A stretch of DNA of 64,000 nucleotides, from positions 2,418,001-2,482,000 of the forward strand of contig OX337237.1 of assembly GCA_946965045.2 (NCBI GenBank). The letters run 5' to 3'. Under the pieces are notes generated by a model. The model worked only from the letters and a program-made list of their open reading frames with translations, made no database searches and was not told where the DNA came from. Position 1 is the first letter of the stretch. Each line of letters starts with the position of its first letter. A program made the translations under genes and the position numbers. The DNA is from Epithemia pelagica. Taxonomy: Eukaryota > Protista > Bacillariophyta. Below, piece by piece: positions 22,699-32,446 of this stretch.

Positions 22699-23014
22699 GA
22701 GTCGACTCGCCGCGGCAAATTATGGGACGACAAGCTCTCAAATTGGAAATCATCTGGCACAGTTGCGACGAGAAATGAGAGAATTGCGCCGAGAAAGCCA
22801 AGGTGCTACAGGTCAACACCGTCAGGACATTGAGGGAGACATTTCCACAGTCCGAGAACAGATGGAGCACTTCAACAAGCTCGCCAAGGAACTCCAAGAA
22901 ATGGATAAGAAAGATCCATTTGAGCTCATGACAACTGGTGGAGGGTCTGGCTGTGAGCAGAATGAAGAAGAGAGCGATTCTGAAATTGATCTTGATGATC
23001 TTGATGATGAATAG
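21221..23014 (+). CDS. Harbinger second ORF (putative Myb/SANT-like DNA-binding partner)
   Basis: Tail-to-tail with the transposase; RPPSFYELCAQKFND...KVKEKL...VISNWERSGNG region; C-terminal coiled coil. Confidence 0.7.
   Translation: MSDTDHLTDSLETEESREQTSRLSRPHGPTATQATLGSTSSPSDLMFTTPVLGRFQQEQGNQGDSDSDGDEAERECDARKNLKETQPELRNKEQGNQGDSDSVCDEAERECDARKNLKETQPELRNKVLLAMCMGLKAHTNNKGGCDPKVDEDYKNAKGKTALLPTADDYKSEIIRRFRLENPTSKDKACSSYSIPRCKDWLCQNPIVNPACVSYIHKKEKALRRLLQAAHREEQQNEVLAGPTRDAWIGILPWLCLYHCMMEVEVLEAYMKIHDWEDRQGTDARNSSIRPPSFYELCAQKFNDKNFNVTTKAFPDLHEDFAHEIEILGSNESLPANVTPDKVKEKLGNARCKLLKVISNWERSGNGSGQRAESHEDFGHVNAAHQEWLNVVQGHGNDESEDEFMDGDNRKAFLGGNRSHILYMWQVFDDHQILYHTLTKLSITVAVSSGSATSSICSGKRGRGAGRRSRKEQLEEIVRKKQMLVQSNIAVSMSRLAAANYGTTSSQIGNHLAQLRREMRELRRESQGATGQHRQDIEGDISTVREQMEHFNKLAKELQEMDKKDPFELMTTGGGSGCEQNEEESDSEIDLDDLDDE
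21390..21599 (+). repeat. 105-bp (35-aa) tandem duplication in Harbinger ORF2 (mirrored in right arm)
   Basis: EQGNQGDSDS.. DEAERECDARKNLKETQPELRNK x2. Confidence 0.95.
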
Positions 23015-23043
23015 AAGTATCTACAGAATTATAGTTTGTATCT

Positions 23044-24213
23044 TTATGTTAACCAGTGGCGAGGTGTTGGTCGAACAAGGTCTTTGTCAATTACCATATT
23101 GAGTAGTCGATGTTGTGGCAAATCTGAATCAGAGCTAGTTTCATTTTGTCGAAGGAAGTTACGATCAGAGTCCTCACGATGGACACCACCATCAAGAAGA
23201 CCAGAAGGACGCAAATGGTCACCATGCAGCTCAACTCCGCCAGCCATGGCTATGGACAACTGATCCTTGCTTGTAGGCTCATGAGGGACATCCTTTTTAT
23301 CCACCAAGAAGTTATGAAGCTTGCAAAGTGCAAGTACCATAGATGTCACTTTCGGGAGAGCAATCTTGGCGGACATTGGCTTACGCAAAATGCTCCACCG
23401 GTGAACCAACTCACCAAACGCACATTCAATGTTTATCCGAAGCTGGGATTGATAGAAGTTAAAGGAGTCTTTTGAACCAGATGAGACATTTTTGTAAGGA
23501 GTCACCATGTAGTTGTTGCTTACGTATGCATTGTCACCAAATAGAGCAAGACCCGGTGCCAGAAAATCTGGCTTTTCTAAGGAATGATATAGACTACTCG
23601 TAACAAATGACAAGTAGTCGGACGTAGATGCAGGATGGCCAATTGATACGTCCAGGAATTTTTTCATGGCATCACAAGTCCCTTGCATGTTGAACCCAAA
23701 CTTCTTCTTTCGTGCGCAAAAAATTTTTTTTATACCAAACTCGGCATTTTCTGACTGACTAGAAGATGGTCTCTCAATCCAGATCAGAATGCCATCGATG
23801 GCACCAACACAGCAATCAAACTGAGCAGCACTTTTCTTCATGAACTCCTCTGCCAATTTCCTCTGTTCATCATGATCTTGTGGAAATTCAAAATCAAGCT
23901 GCGAACAGAGGTGAATTGCGTCCACAATAGTCCAGACACTGATGAAGACCTGTACATGGCTAACACCATGTACAAGCACCAGGTCCAGTGGATCAGCACC
24001 CGCAAAATATCTTATAGCAATGCTTAACCGTGTTTCTGATGGTATTGTCCCGTTGGGTGTCAGAACTCTGCTTCGACGGTTTCTCATCCTTCTGTAGTAT
24101 CTTCTTCGGAATTTTGCTCGTAGTCTTCTTCTCCGCATCTTCTCTCGGGCTCTTTTAAGAGCAAGGCGTTTGGCTGTGACTTCATCTATGAACGGCTTGA
24201 GGGTTTGGTGCAA
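23044..24213 (-). CDS. PIF/Harbinger (HARBI1-like, DDE_Tnp_4) transposase lacking its native start
   Basis: HTH SETRLSIAIRYFAG; catalytic GAIDG, LFGDNAY, RINIECAFGEL; frame is closed by a TAA within the inverted arm and no ATG precedes the N-terminal region. Confidence 0.9.
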   Translation of the reverse strand: MHQTLKPFIDEVTAKRLALKRAREKMRRRRLRAKFRRRYYRRMRNRRSRVLTPNGTIPSETRLSIAIRYFAGADPLDLVLVHGVSHVQVFISVWTIVDAIHLCSQLDFEFPQDHDEQRKLAEEFMKKSAAQFDCCVGAIDGILIWIERPSSSQSENAEFGIKKIFCARKKKFGFNMQGTCDAMKKFLDVSIGHPASTSDYLSFVTSSLYHSLEKPDFLAPGLALFGDNAYVSNNYMVTPYKNVSSGSKDSFNFYQSQLRINIECAFGELVHRWSILRKPMSAKIALPKVTSMVLALCKLHNFLVDKKDVPHEPTSKDQLSIAMAGGVELHGDHLRPSGLLDGGVHREDSDRNFLRQNETSSDSDLPQHRLLNMVIDKDLVRPTPRHWLT

Positions 24214-25703
24214 AGACCAAAAGCAATAGACACAGCAATGTTACTTTGTACGAGCATCTGTTTCTTACGCACTATTTCTTCAAGTTGTTCTTTCCGGGAG
24301 CGGCGACCAGCACCTCTTCCACGTTTACCACTACAAATGGAAGATGTCGCACTACCTGAACTGACTGCAACCGTAATAGAGAGCTTTGTGAGTGTATGGT
24401 ATAAAATTTGATGGTCGTCAAACACCTGCCACATGTATAAAATGTGGGACCTGTTTCCACCGAGAAAAGCCTTCCGGTTGTCTCCATCCATAAACTCATC
24501 TTCAGATTCATCATTTCCGTGTCCTTGCACCACATTTAGCCATTCTTGGTGTGCAGCATTGACATGACCGAAGTCTTCATGCGATTCCGCCCGTTGCCCT
24601 GAACCATTGCCACTGCGCTCCCAATTTGAAATTACTTTGAGGAGTTTGCACCTAGCATTACCCAATTTCTCTTTTACCTTGTCGGGAGTCACATTTGCAG
24701 GAAGTGACTCGTTAGATCCCAGAATCTCAATTTCATGAGCAAAATCTTCATGCAGGTCAGGGAATGCTTTTGTCGTCACATTAAAATTCTTGTCGTTAAA
24801 TTTTTGTGCACATAGTTCATAAAATGATGGAGGACGAATGGAAGAATTTCGTGCGTCAGTTCCCTGTCGATCTTCCCAGTCATGGATTTTCATGTAAGCC
24901 TCTAACACTTCCACCTCCATCATACAATGGTAGAGACGAAGCCAGGGCAGTATCCCAATCCATGCATCACGGGTGGGTCCTGCCAAAACTTCATTTTGTT
25001 GTTCTTCTCTATGGGCAGCTTGCAGGAGACGGCGCAATGCCTTCTCCTTCTTGTGTATATATGAGACGCAGGCCGGATTCACAATTGGGTTTTGACACAG
25101 CCAATCCTTGCATCTTGGAATACTATACGAGCTACAAGCCTTGTCTTTGCTTGTAGGATTTTCAAGTCGGAAGCGGCGGATAATCTCTGATTTGTAGTCA
25201 TCTGCGGTGGGAAGCAAAGCTGTCTTGCCCTTTGCATTTTTATAGTCTTCATCCACTTTCGGGTCACACCAACCCTTGTTGTTTGTGTGAGCCTTCAGCC
25301 CCATACACATGGCCAGGAGTACTTTGTTCCTGAGCTCAGGTTGGGTCTCTTTCAGATTCTTGCGAGCATCACACTCCCTCTCAGCTTCATCACAAACAGA
25401 GTCGGAGTCACCTTGATTGCCTTGTTCTTTGTTCCTGAGCTCAGGTTGGGTCTCTTTCAGATTCTTGCGAGCATCACACTCCCTCTCAGCTTCATCACCA
25501 TCAGAGTCGGAGTCACCTTGGTTGCCTTGTTCTTGTTGAAACCGGCCAAGTACTGGCGTGGTGAACATCAAGTCAGAGGGAGATGATGTAGAACCCAATG
25601 TTGCCTGGGTTGCGGTTGGGCCATGTGGTCTACTAAGTCTTGAGGTCTGTTCTCTTGATTCCTCTGTCTCTAGAGAATCTGTCAAATGATCTGTGTCACT
25701 CAT
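24186..25703 (-). pseudogene. 3'-truncated inverted copy of Harbinger ORF2
   Basis: Matches 21221-22698 except two amino-acid changes seen (G>W, C>R), then diverges at the arm junction 24226. Confidence 0.9.
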
Positions 25704-25989
25704 TTTCTTTTGTTGCAAACAATAGTGGAAGTATCCTTCAATGCTTTCTGCCTTCCGGAGGATCTTTTTTCCGGTGCTGTTGGTGCTCGGAGGGAAGTGG
25801 GAACAGTGGGGCTCTTTGGAAACCTCGAAACTCGAAACTCGATTTCAGAATCTTGGCAAGGTCGTTGGGGGATTGCCAAGATTTGGGGGATTCGAGGTTG
25901 TGTTTTCGAGTTTTCAAGGGGACCTTAACCTATTGGCTCAACCTCGAAACTCGAAACTCGATTTCAGAACTCAAAAACACATTCCGTGG
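24226..25989 (-). repeat. Right inverted arm of the Harbinger element
   Basis: Reverse complement of the left arm; last 10 bp displaced to 32294-32303 by copia C. Confidence 0.95.
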
Positions 25990-26316
25990 TGTTGGAAGAT
26001 CCCCGTTGCCGCCTGGCGCATTCGGAACCAGGGGGGGGGGGGACATCTCCTGTGCGTAAGGGTTTCCCCCATGACCCACGTCACCACTGGACACTATTCA
26101 CTGACGACCCTCATACGTCAGCACCATTTGCACCCATAGCGTAACATGACCATACCTATAATTTACTCAATCCCCTTTTTACGAAACTAGTTGGCCCTTT
26201 TAATCGGCAGTGACCACGGTTAAAACAACACGCTTCCTCTGCGCGATAACTGTGACCTTTCATAAGAAAAACTCACCGATTTGTGCCGTGAACTACTTTC
26301 AGGAGAGCAAGTGAAC

Positions 26317-27720
26317 ATGGGAGATGCGGCTGGAGCAGACGCCCAAGCACTCGTTCAAGCCTTGAACAATGCATCCGTTGCGATCCAGAACGCAATAGCG
26401 CAAGCAGCTGCCGGACCAGGAGCACCAGCTGCAGGACCATTCCTCCGTACTCCCTTGCGAGCTGGGATTGCAAACACCCTGGATTTTAGCACGAAAGAAG
26501 GCAGGAAGTACTACGAACAGGCAACGAGATCCTTATTCTCGACCGACGAGAAGTTTGATGTAGAGCCAGGCAGGTTCCAACTATTCGTGAACCTACTCCA
26601 TACGCGGGCTCGCGACCTCGGAATGCTCGAGAACGGAGCCAACTGCATGGTAACAGTTCCGGCACCTCCAGGCGGAGTCGCACCGCCAGCTGTCAACATG
26701 ATCACGGATTATGGACGCTTGACGTTGGAGGAAATCAAGGCCTACGAGACGACATTCATCGGACAGAACACCAGGAACTCGCAGAACTCCAAGATGCTTC
26801 ATGACTTAATCATGAACTCACTCTCACCAACCGGTATTCAACGTATCCAAATTTGGACGAATGAGACCAAGGTGAATGGGGAAGATGCAGGAGGATGCCT
26901 CTTCAAGGTCGTGATTCGCGAGAGTTACCTTGACTCTAACGCGACTGTCACTACGTTGCGACTGAACCTAACGAACCTCGATCGCTACATCGAGACGAAC
27001 GGGTCCGATATCGTCGCATTCAACGCCTACGTGCAGAGTCAAGTTGATGGGTTGGCATCCAGAGGACATACATCACTAGACCTAATCGTTAACTTGTTTA
27101 AAGGCTACAAAGCCGTCAAGGACGACCGTTTTCAGGATTATATCCAAAAGATTGAAGACGGCCATGAAGACGGTTCAAACGTCATCACGAGCGCAAACGA
27201 ACTGATGGTTCGCGCCGTCAACTTCTACAAGAAACAAGTGACGCGCGACGAATGGGAGCAACCAACCCAGCACCAAAAGGAGGTATTAGCCCTCCAGGCC
27301 GAGGTACTCCACCTCAAAAAGCAGTCCAGTAAGAACAACGCGGACAAGGCAAAAGGAAAAGATGGAGTCCACAAGAAAGGCACCAAAGCAAAGCTGGAGA
27401 ACACCAAGCAAAAACCCGAGCGACCAGGTTGGCTCAAGGACCACACGAAGCCGAAACAGGAAAGCCTGACAAAGTACCGCACATGGAATGGTACCAAGTG
27501 GTACTGGTGCGATGAAGCCACAGACGGCAAATGTGGTGGCAAGTGGAGGACCCACAAGCCGGCGGATTGCAAAGGGTATGCGAAACCAGCACCGAAAACG
27601 TCGAAAACGGACGCAAAAGAAGAAAAGAAGAAGAAAGAAGCTCTAAAGATGGCAGTGGCACATGAGACACTGATCGAGAGCATGGACGACGAGCAGGAGG
27701 ACTCCGATTACGAATCGTGA
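26317..27720 (+). CDS. Gag of copia C
   Basis: ATG 26317; variant zinc knuckle WCDEATDGKCGGKWRTHKPADC near the C-terminus. Confidence 0.85.
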   Translation: MGDAAGADAQALVQALNNASVAIQNAIAQAAAGPGAPAAGPFLRTPLRAGIANTLDFSTKEGRKYYEQATRSLFSTDEKFDVEPGRFQLFVNLLHTRARDLGMLENGANCMVTVPAPPGGVAPPAVNMITDYGRLTLEEIKAYETTFIGQNTRNSQNSKMLHDLIMNSLSPTGIQRIQIWTNETKVNGEDAGGCLFKVVIRESYLDSNATVTTLRLNLTNLDRYIETNGSDIVAFNAYVQSQVDGLASRGHTSLDLIVNLFKGYKAVKDDRFQDYIQKIEDGHEDGSNVITSANELMVRAVNFYKKQVTRDEWEQPTQHQKEVLALQAEVLHLKKQSSKNNADKAKGKDGVHKKGTKAKLENTKQKPERPGWLKDHTKPKQESLTKYRTWNGTKWYWCDEATDGKCGGKWRTHKPADCKGYAKPAPKTSKTDAKEEKKKKEALKMAVAHETLIESMDDEQEDSDYES

Positions 27721-27774
27721 CTCCTATGGAGAGGGTGGAAAACAGTAACAACGTTAGTAACACTGATCTTGTAC

Positions 27775-30700
27775 ATGTACACCACTCTCTCCCTCGAAGA
27801 AATAATCACTTACCTGTGGGTATGGACCCTTGTCCAATTCCTGAAACGAACGACAACCATGATAGAAGCAGCGATAAAGCTCATCATAGTCGTTCTCCAC
27901 CAGGGGGAGGAACTCGAGTCGACGACGAACAAGAAGGATTGGATGCACCACGCCATCACGATGATCAATGAGACAGTCGAAAGCATGGCAAACTGGGCAG
28001 ACACGAAATTCCTAGACACGAAACAAAGGAAGAAAGTGAGACCATGGCGAAGAAGAAGGGCGCGAAAGATGATATGCAGCGCCGCAATCATGGCCATGGC
28101 AGCCAGATGCGCCGCGGCAACCAACTGCCATCCATTCGACTCGGACTCAACGATGATTGGCATCGACAACAGGTGTTCGGGTTGTATCACCCACGTTCGA
28201 AGCGACATACCTGGAGCCTTGAAGCAGTGCAACAAAGCAATCAAAGGTTTCGGAGGTGCGAAAACTTATGAAGTGTGGACGGGCACCATTCACTGGGACT
28301 GGGAGGATGACCAAGGAAAGATCCATACGATGGTGATTCCCAACTCGTACTATGTCCCAGAAGGTAAGGTCCGACTACTGAGCCCGCAACACTGGGCGCA
28401 GACTCGGAAAAGTAGTGAAAAGCGCGGAGGGGCGGGCGAAATGACCACAGGCACAGAAGTAGTACTATTCTGGAACGACCGTCAGTCACGAAGGACGATC
28501 CAAATAGATACACACGGCAATAATGTGGCTACGTTCCATCTCGCGAGTGGGTACAAACAGTACCATGCCTACTGTAAAGAATGTGGGACTGAGCGCGACC
28601 GCGACTACGACAAAGACCCATTATTACAACATCAAGCCATGCCGTCGATGTTGATATCCGATGACGAGGGAGAGGACGACGAAACAACCTACCCGATCCA
28701 AGCCCAACAATGGCACCAGGCCATACCAAAACCGACGGTAAAGGCAACGCCGGACGCAGCAACCCAACAAACGGACGAAGCAGAGCCTCGCCAGTTTGAC
28801 TTCGATCTGGATGGAAAGACCGCCACCGACGAAATTCCACCGCCAGACATCATCCCACACGAGGAGGAAGAACGGCCAACGGCGGAAGCAGAGTTGCTCA
28901 GGTACCACTACGACTTTGGGCACCTGCCATTCGCTAAACTACAACAAATGGCAAGAGACGGAATACTGCCGAAACGACTGGCGAATTGTCACGTCCCAGT
29001 GTGCTCGGCATGCAATTTCGCCAAAGCAACGAAGCGAGCATGGCGCACAAGGTCGTCGAAAGACTGGTCGAACAAGACACCTCCAAGCAAACCAGGCATG
29101 GTTGTGTCGGTTGACCAGTTAGTATCGCCCACTCCAGGACTCGTGGCCCAGATGACAGGGTTCATCACGAAACAGCGCTACAGATACGCTACCGTGTATG
29201 TGGACCAAGCGACGTCACTGGGCTTCGTTTTCCTACAGAAGACTTCAACTGTTGAAGAGACACTGCAAGGCAAGAGAGCTTTTGAGCGCTATGCAATTAA
29301 CAGAGGAGTGTCAGTGCGTGCCTACCACGCCGACAACGGTATTTTTAAAGCGCACGGGTGGGTGAAGGCTTGTCATGACCAAGGACAAGACCTCACGTTC
29401 GCAGCCGTTGGCGCCCACCATTCAAATGGAAAGGCGGAGCGCAGAATAAGAGAGTTGCAAGGGATGGCGCGCACAATGCTTTTGCACGCGAACAAGCGAT
29501 GGCCACAGGCAATCACTGCCAATTTGTGGCCTTACGCCGTGCGCCATGCAAACGACTGCATTAACGCGGCCCCCAATATGCAACACGAAACGAAGCAATC
29601 GCCAATCCAACTGTTCTCTCAAACAGCCATTAACACGAACAAAAAGCACTGGAGGCCCTTTGGATGCCCAGTGTACGTGCTGGATGAACGATTGCAAGGG
29701 AACAAACCACACAATAAGTGGGAAAATCGAGCACGCGTGGGAATTTACTTGGGCCAGTCGCCAATCCACAACAGGAATGTGGCACTGGTCCTCAACCAAC
29801 ACACTGGGCATGTAAGTCCACAATTCCACGTACGATTCGATCGCAGTTTCCATACCCTCCAACAGGAGCAACTGACGGCAACGTGGCAAGTCAGTACATT
29901 CTTCGCTGACGCCAAACGAACCGGACAACCGCAGAGGAGCCAGAACGGAAAACGACGGAGGAGGCACAAGGGGCAAGAGGGAGCCCCACAACACACTCCA
30001 ACTGGCACTCCACCGGAAGAAGGGCAACAACAATTGCCAAACAATACATGGCCGGATGAGGCACCCAACCAAAGTCCAACCACAGGTCCACCAGGTGGGA
30101 CGCCACCACAAACAACACAGACTGGACGAACCATGGAACGAATGCCTCCAGTGGACTCAGAGGGAGCACACGGCCAGAGGGAGCGGCAACCCCCGCAAAC
30201 AACAACAACCAACCAAACGCGGACTAGATCGGGACGACTGCGTAAACCGACGCAACGCCTCATTGAAGTAATGTCCGCAGAGGTAGAGGATGACGCGACA
30301 ATACCGGGGGAACTATTTGCTCTCTCCACCCTCACGCCGCAAGACGATATGGAGGGGGAGGACCCACTCCTAGCGTACAAAGCGGCAGTCTCCGACCCGG
30401 ATACAATGTATCATCATGAGGCTATGAAAGAGCCGGACAGGGCGGAGTTTATAAAGGGCATGCAGAAAGAAATGGAGCGACAGATGGAAGATGGAAATCT
30501 ATCTATCGTGCGCCGCGATTCAGTCCCAGCAGGCCAACGCATCTTCAAGGCAGTATGGCAAATGCGCAGAAAAAGGGACATCATGACACGCGAGATCAAA
30601 ACACACAAGGCAAGACTAAACTTCGATGGATCCAAGATGGAAAAGGGCATAGACTACGACCAGACATATGCCCCAGTTGCATCGTGGGCATCCATCAGAC

Positions 30701-32007
30701 TGGTCCTAGCTCTGGTATCAGCCTTCAATTGGCACACACAACAAATTGACTACGTCCTGGCATACCCACAGGCACCGGTCGAGAGGGAAGTCTATATGGA
30801 GATACCAGTGGGGTATGATCTGGACGAAGGAAAGTCCAAAAGAGATTATGTCCTCAAGCTCCATGCCAACCTCTACGGGCAAAAACAAGCCGGTAGGGTA
30901 TGGTACCAACACTTGTCAAGGCGGTTGGTGGAGCAGGTTGGGTTCACCAAGTCGGCCGTGGACGAGTGTGTATTCTACAGGGGCCAAGTGATCTACGTCC
31001 TATACACTGACGATAGTATCATCGTGGGTCCGGATCAGGCAGAGATTGACAAAGCAATCAACGATATCCGAGCAGCAAAGCTCAATATTACAGTGGAAGG
31101 AAACATCAAAGATTTCCTTGGCGTAAATATCCACAAAAGCGACAACGGAGAAATAACGTTCTCCCAACCGCACCTTATCGACAAGGTACTGAAAGGATTG
31201 CGCCTGGGATCCGACACAGTCCCAAAGAATACGCCCGCAGCACCGTCCAAGATACTCCATCGCCACCTGGAGAAACCACCCTTCGACAACAATTTTAATT
31301 ATCGATCCATCGTCGGAATGTTGAATTACATCGAAGCAGGGTCAAGGAGCGACATAGCGTACGCCACACATCAATGCGCACGCTTTGCCTCCAACCCTCG
31401 GAAGCCACATGGAGATGCAGTCCGATGGATTGGACGGTACCTATACGCGACACGAGACAAAGGAATGTCGTTCCGTCCAGACAAGGAGGCAGGTTTAGAA
31501 GTATGGGTGGACGCTGACTTCGCAGGCAACTGGAAGCGCGAGGACGCAACGACAGACCGTGATACGGCAAGGTCACGACATGGGTACATCATCCGTTATA
31601 TGGGTTGCCCAGTAATCTGGAAATCACAAATTCAAACGGAGATCGCCCTCAGTTCAACGGAAAGTGAGTACACTGGGCTGTCGTATGCGCTCCGAGCAGC
31701 CATACCAATAATGCGCTTGTTGGAGGAGATGCAACAACAAGGCATCCAAATACAACAAACGCAAGCAGAGGTCCACTGTAAAGTGTTCGAGGACAACAGT
31801 GGGGCACTAGAGATGGCCAAGGTCTACAAATTTCGCCCAAGGACTAAACACCTGAACGTTAAGCTCCATCACTTCCGAACATACGTGGAGGATGGCAGCA
31901 TAACGATTCATAAAGTGGCAACTGAGGACCAGCTCGCCGACTATCTCACCAAACCATTGCCGCAAGACACATTGGAACGACTGCGCAAACGAGTACTCGG
32001 ATGGTAA
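27775..32007 (+). CDS. Pol of copia C (PR-IN-RT-RH), separate ORF
   Basis: IGIDNRCS protease; HYDFGH...CSAC; VSVDQL/YHADNG/AERRIRE integrase; LYTDD RT; VDADF/EDN/ADYLTK RNase H; no internal stops. Confidence 0.95.
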   Translation: MYTTLSLEEIITYLWVWTLVQFLKRTTTMIEAAIKLIIVVLHQGEELESTTNKKDWMHHAITMINETVESMANWADTKFLDTKQRKKVRPWRRRRARKMICSAAIMAMAARCAAATNCHPFDSDSTMIGIDNRCSGCITHVRSDIPGALKQCNKAIKGFGGAKTYEVWTGTIHWDWEDDQGKIHTMVIPNSYYVPEGKVRLLSPQHWAQTRKSSEKRGGAGEMTTGTEVVLFWNDRQSRRTIQIDTHGNNVATFHLASGYKQYHAYCKECGTERDRDYDKDPLLQHQAMPSMLISDDEGEDDETTYPIQAQQWHQAIPKPTVKATPDAATQQTDEAEPRQFDFDLDGKTATDEIPPPDIIPHEEEERPTAEAELLRYHYDFGHLPFAKLQQMARDGILPKRLANCHVPVCSACNFAKATKRAWRTRSSKDWSNKTPPSKPGMVVSVDQLVSPTPGLVAQMTGFITKQRYRYATVYVDQATSLGFVFLQKTSTVEETLQGKRAFERYAINRGVSVRAYHADNGIFKAHGWVKACHDQGQDLTFAAVGAHHSNGKAERRIRELQGMARTMLLHANKRWPQAITANLWPYAVRHANDCINAAPNMQHETKQSPIQLFSQTAINTNKKHWRPFGCPVYVLDERLQGNKPHNKWENRARVGIYLGQSPIHNRNVALVLNQHTGHVSPQFHVRFDRSFHTLQQEQLTATWQVSTFFADAKRTGQPQRSQNGKRRRRHKGQEGAPQHTPTGTPPEEGQQQLPNNTWPDEAPNQSPTTGPPGGTPPQTTQTGRTMERMPPVDSEGAHGQRERQPPQTTTTNQTRTRSGRLRKPTQRLIEVMSAEVEDDATIPGELFALSTLTPQDDMEGEDPLLAYKAAVSDPDTMYHHEAMKEPDRAEFIKGMQKEMERQMEDGNLSIVRRDSVPAGQRIFKAVWQMRRKRDIMTREIKTHKARLNFDGSKMEKGIDYDQTYAPVASWASIRLVLALVSAFNWHTQQIDYVLAYPQAPVEREVYMEIPVGYDLDEGKSKRDYVLKLHANLYGQKQAGRVWYQHLSRRLVEQVGFTKSAVDECVFYRGQVIYVLYTDDSIIVGPDQAEIDKAINDIRAAKLNITVEGNIKDFLGVNIHKSDNGEITFSQPHLIDKVLKGLRLGSDTVPKNTPAAPSKILHRHLEKPPFDNNFNYRSIVGMLNYIEAGSRSDIAYATHQCARFASNPRKPHGDAVRWIGRYLYATRDKGMSFRPDKEAGLEVWVDADFAGNWKREDATTDRDTARSRHGYIIRYMGCPVIWKSQIQTEIALSSTESEYTGLSYALRAAIPIMRLLEEMQQQGIQIQQTQAEVHCKVFEDNSGALEMAKVYKFRPRTKHLNVKLHHFRTYVEDGSITIHKVATEDQLADYLTKPLPQDTLERLRKRVLGW

Positions 32008-32446
32008 CGAGTGTCACAAAATGGGTGTAAATTGAAAAGTGAGAGGGAGTGTTGGAAGATCCCCGTTGCCGCCTGGCGCATTCGGAACCAGGGGGGGGGA
32101 CATCTCCCGTGCGTAAGGGTTTCCCCCATGACCCACGTCACCACTGGACACTATTCACTGACGACCCTTATACGTCAGCACCATTTGCACCCATAGCGTA
32201 ACATGACCATACCTATAATTTACTCAATCCCCTTTTTACGAAACTAGTTGGCCCTTTTAATCGGCAGTGACCACGGTTAAAACAACACCGTGGACACAGG
32301 CCCTAACGTGCTCTTCCATGTTCCGACTGGAAGGGAAAAGGTTGGAGTTTGGAGTTTGGATCCTTTGGTCACAAAACCAAAATCACAACAATCGAATTTG
32401 ACCTGTTCGGATAACAAAAACTATCAAGAGTAGATACATCATCATA

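Larger units (their letters stand above)
25990..32287 (+). mobile_element. Apparently intact Ty1/copia retrotransposon C
   Basis: LTRs 25990-26230 and 32050-32287 (TGTTG...CAACA; 2 substitutions plus G-run length difference); CCGTGG duplication at both ends; PPT GAGAGGGAG 32041-32049. Confidence 0.97.
20925..32303. mobile_element. PIF/Harbinger DNA transposon with 1774-bp inverted arms; copia C inserted in the right tip
   Basis: Ends GGGCCTGTGTCCACGG / CCGTGGACACAGGCCC; TAA TSD at 20922-20924 and 32304-32306; DDE_Tnp_4 transposase plus convergent second ORF; subterminal GAGTTTC repeats. Confidence 0.93.

Noticed and set aside
26031-26042. G12 run in LTR C as a functional G-quadruplex
   Set aside because: The run is 9 G in the other LTR; homopolymer slippage or sequencing error suffices
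32344-32360. GAGTTTG repeats resembling Harbinger subterminal GAGTTTC
   Set aside because: Outside the TIR/TSD, only two copies, likely chance
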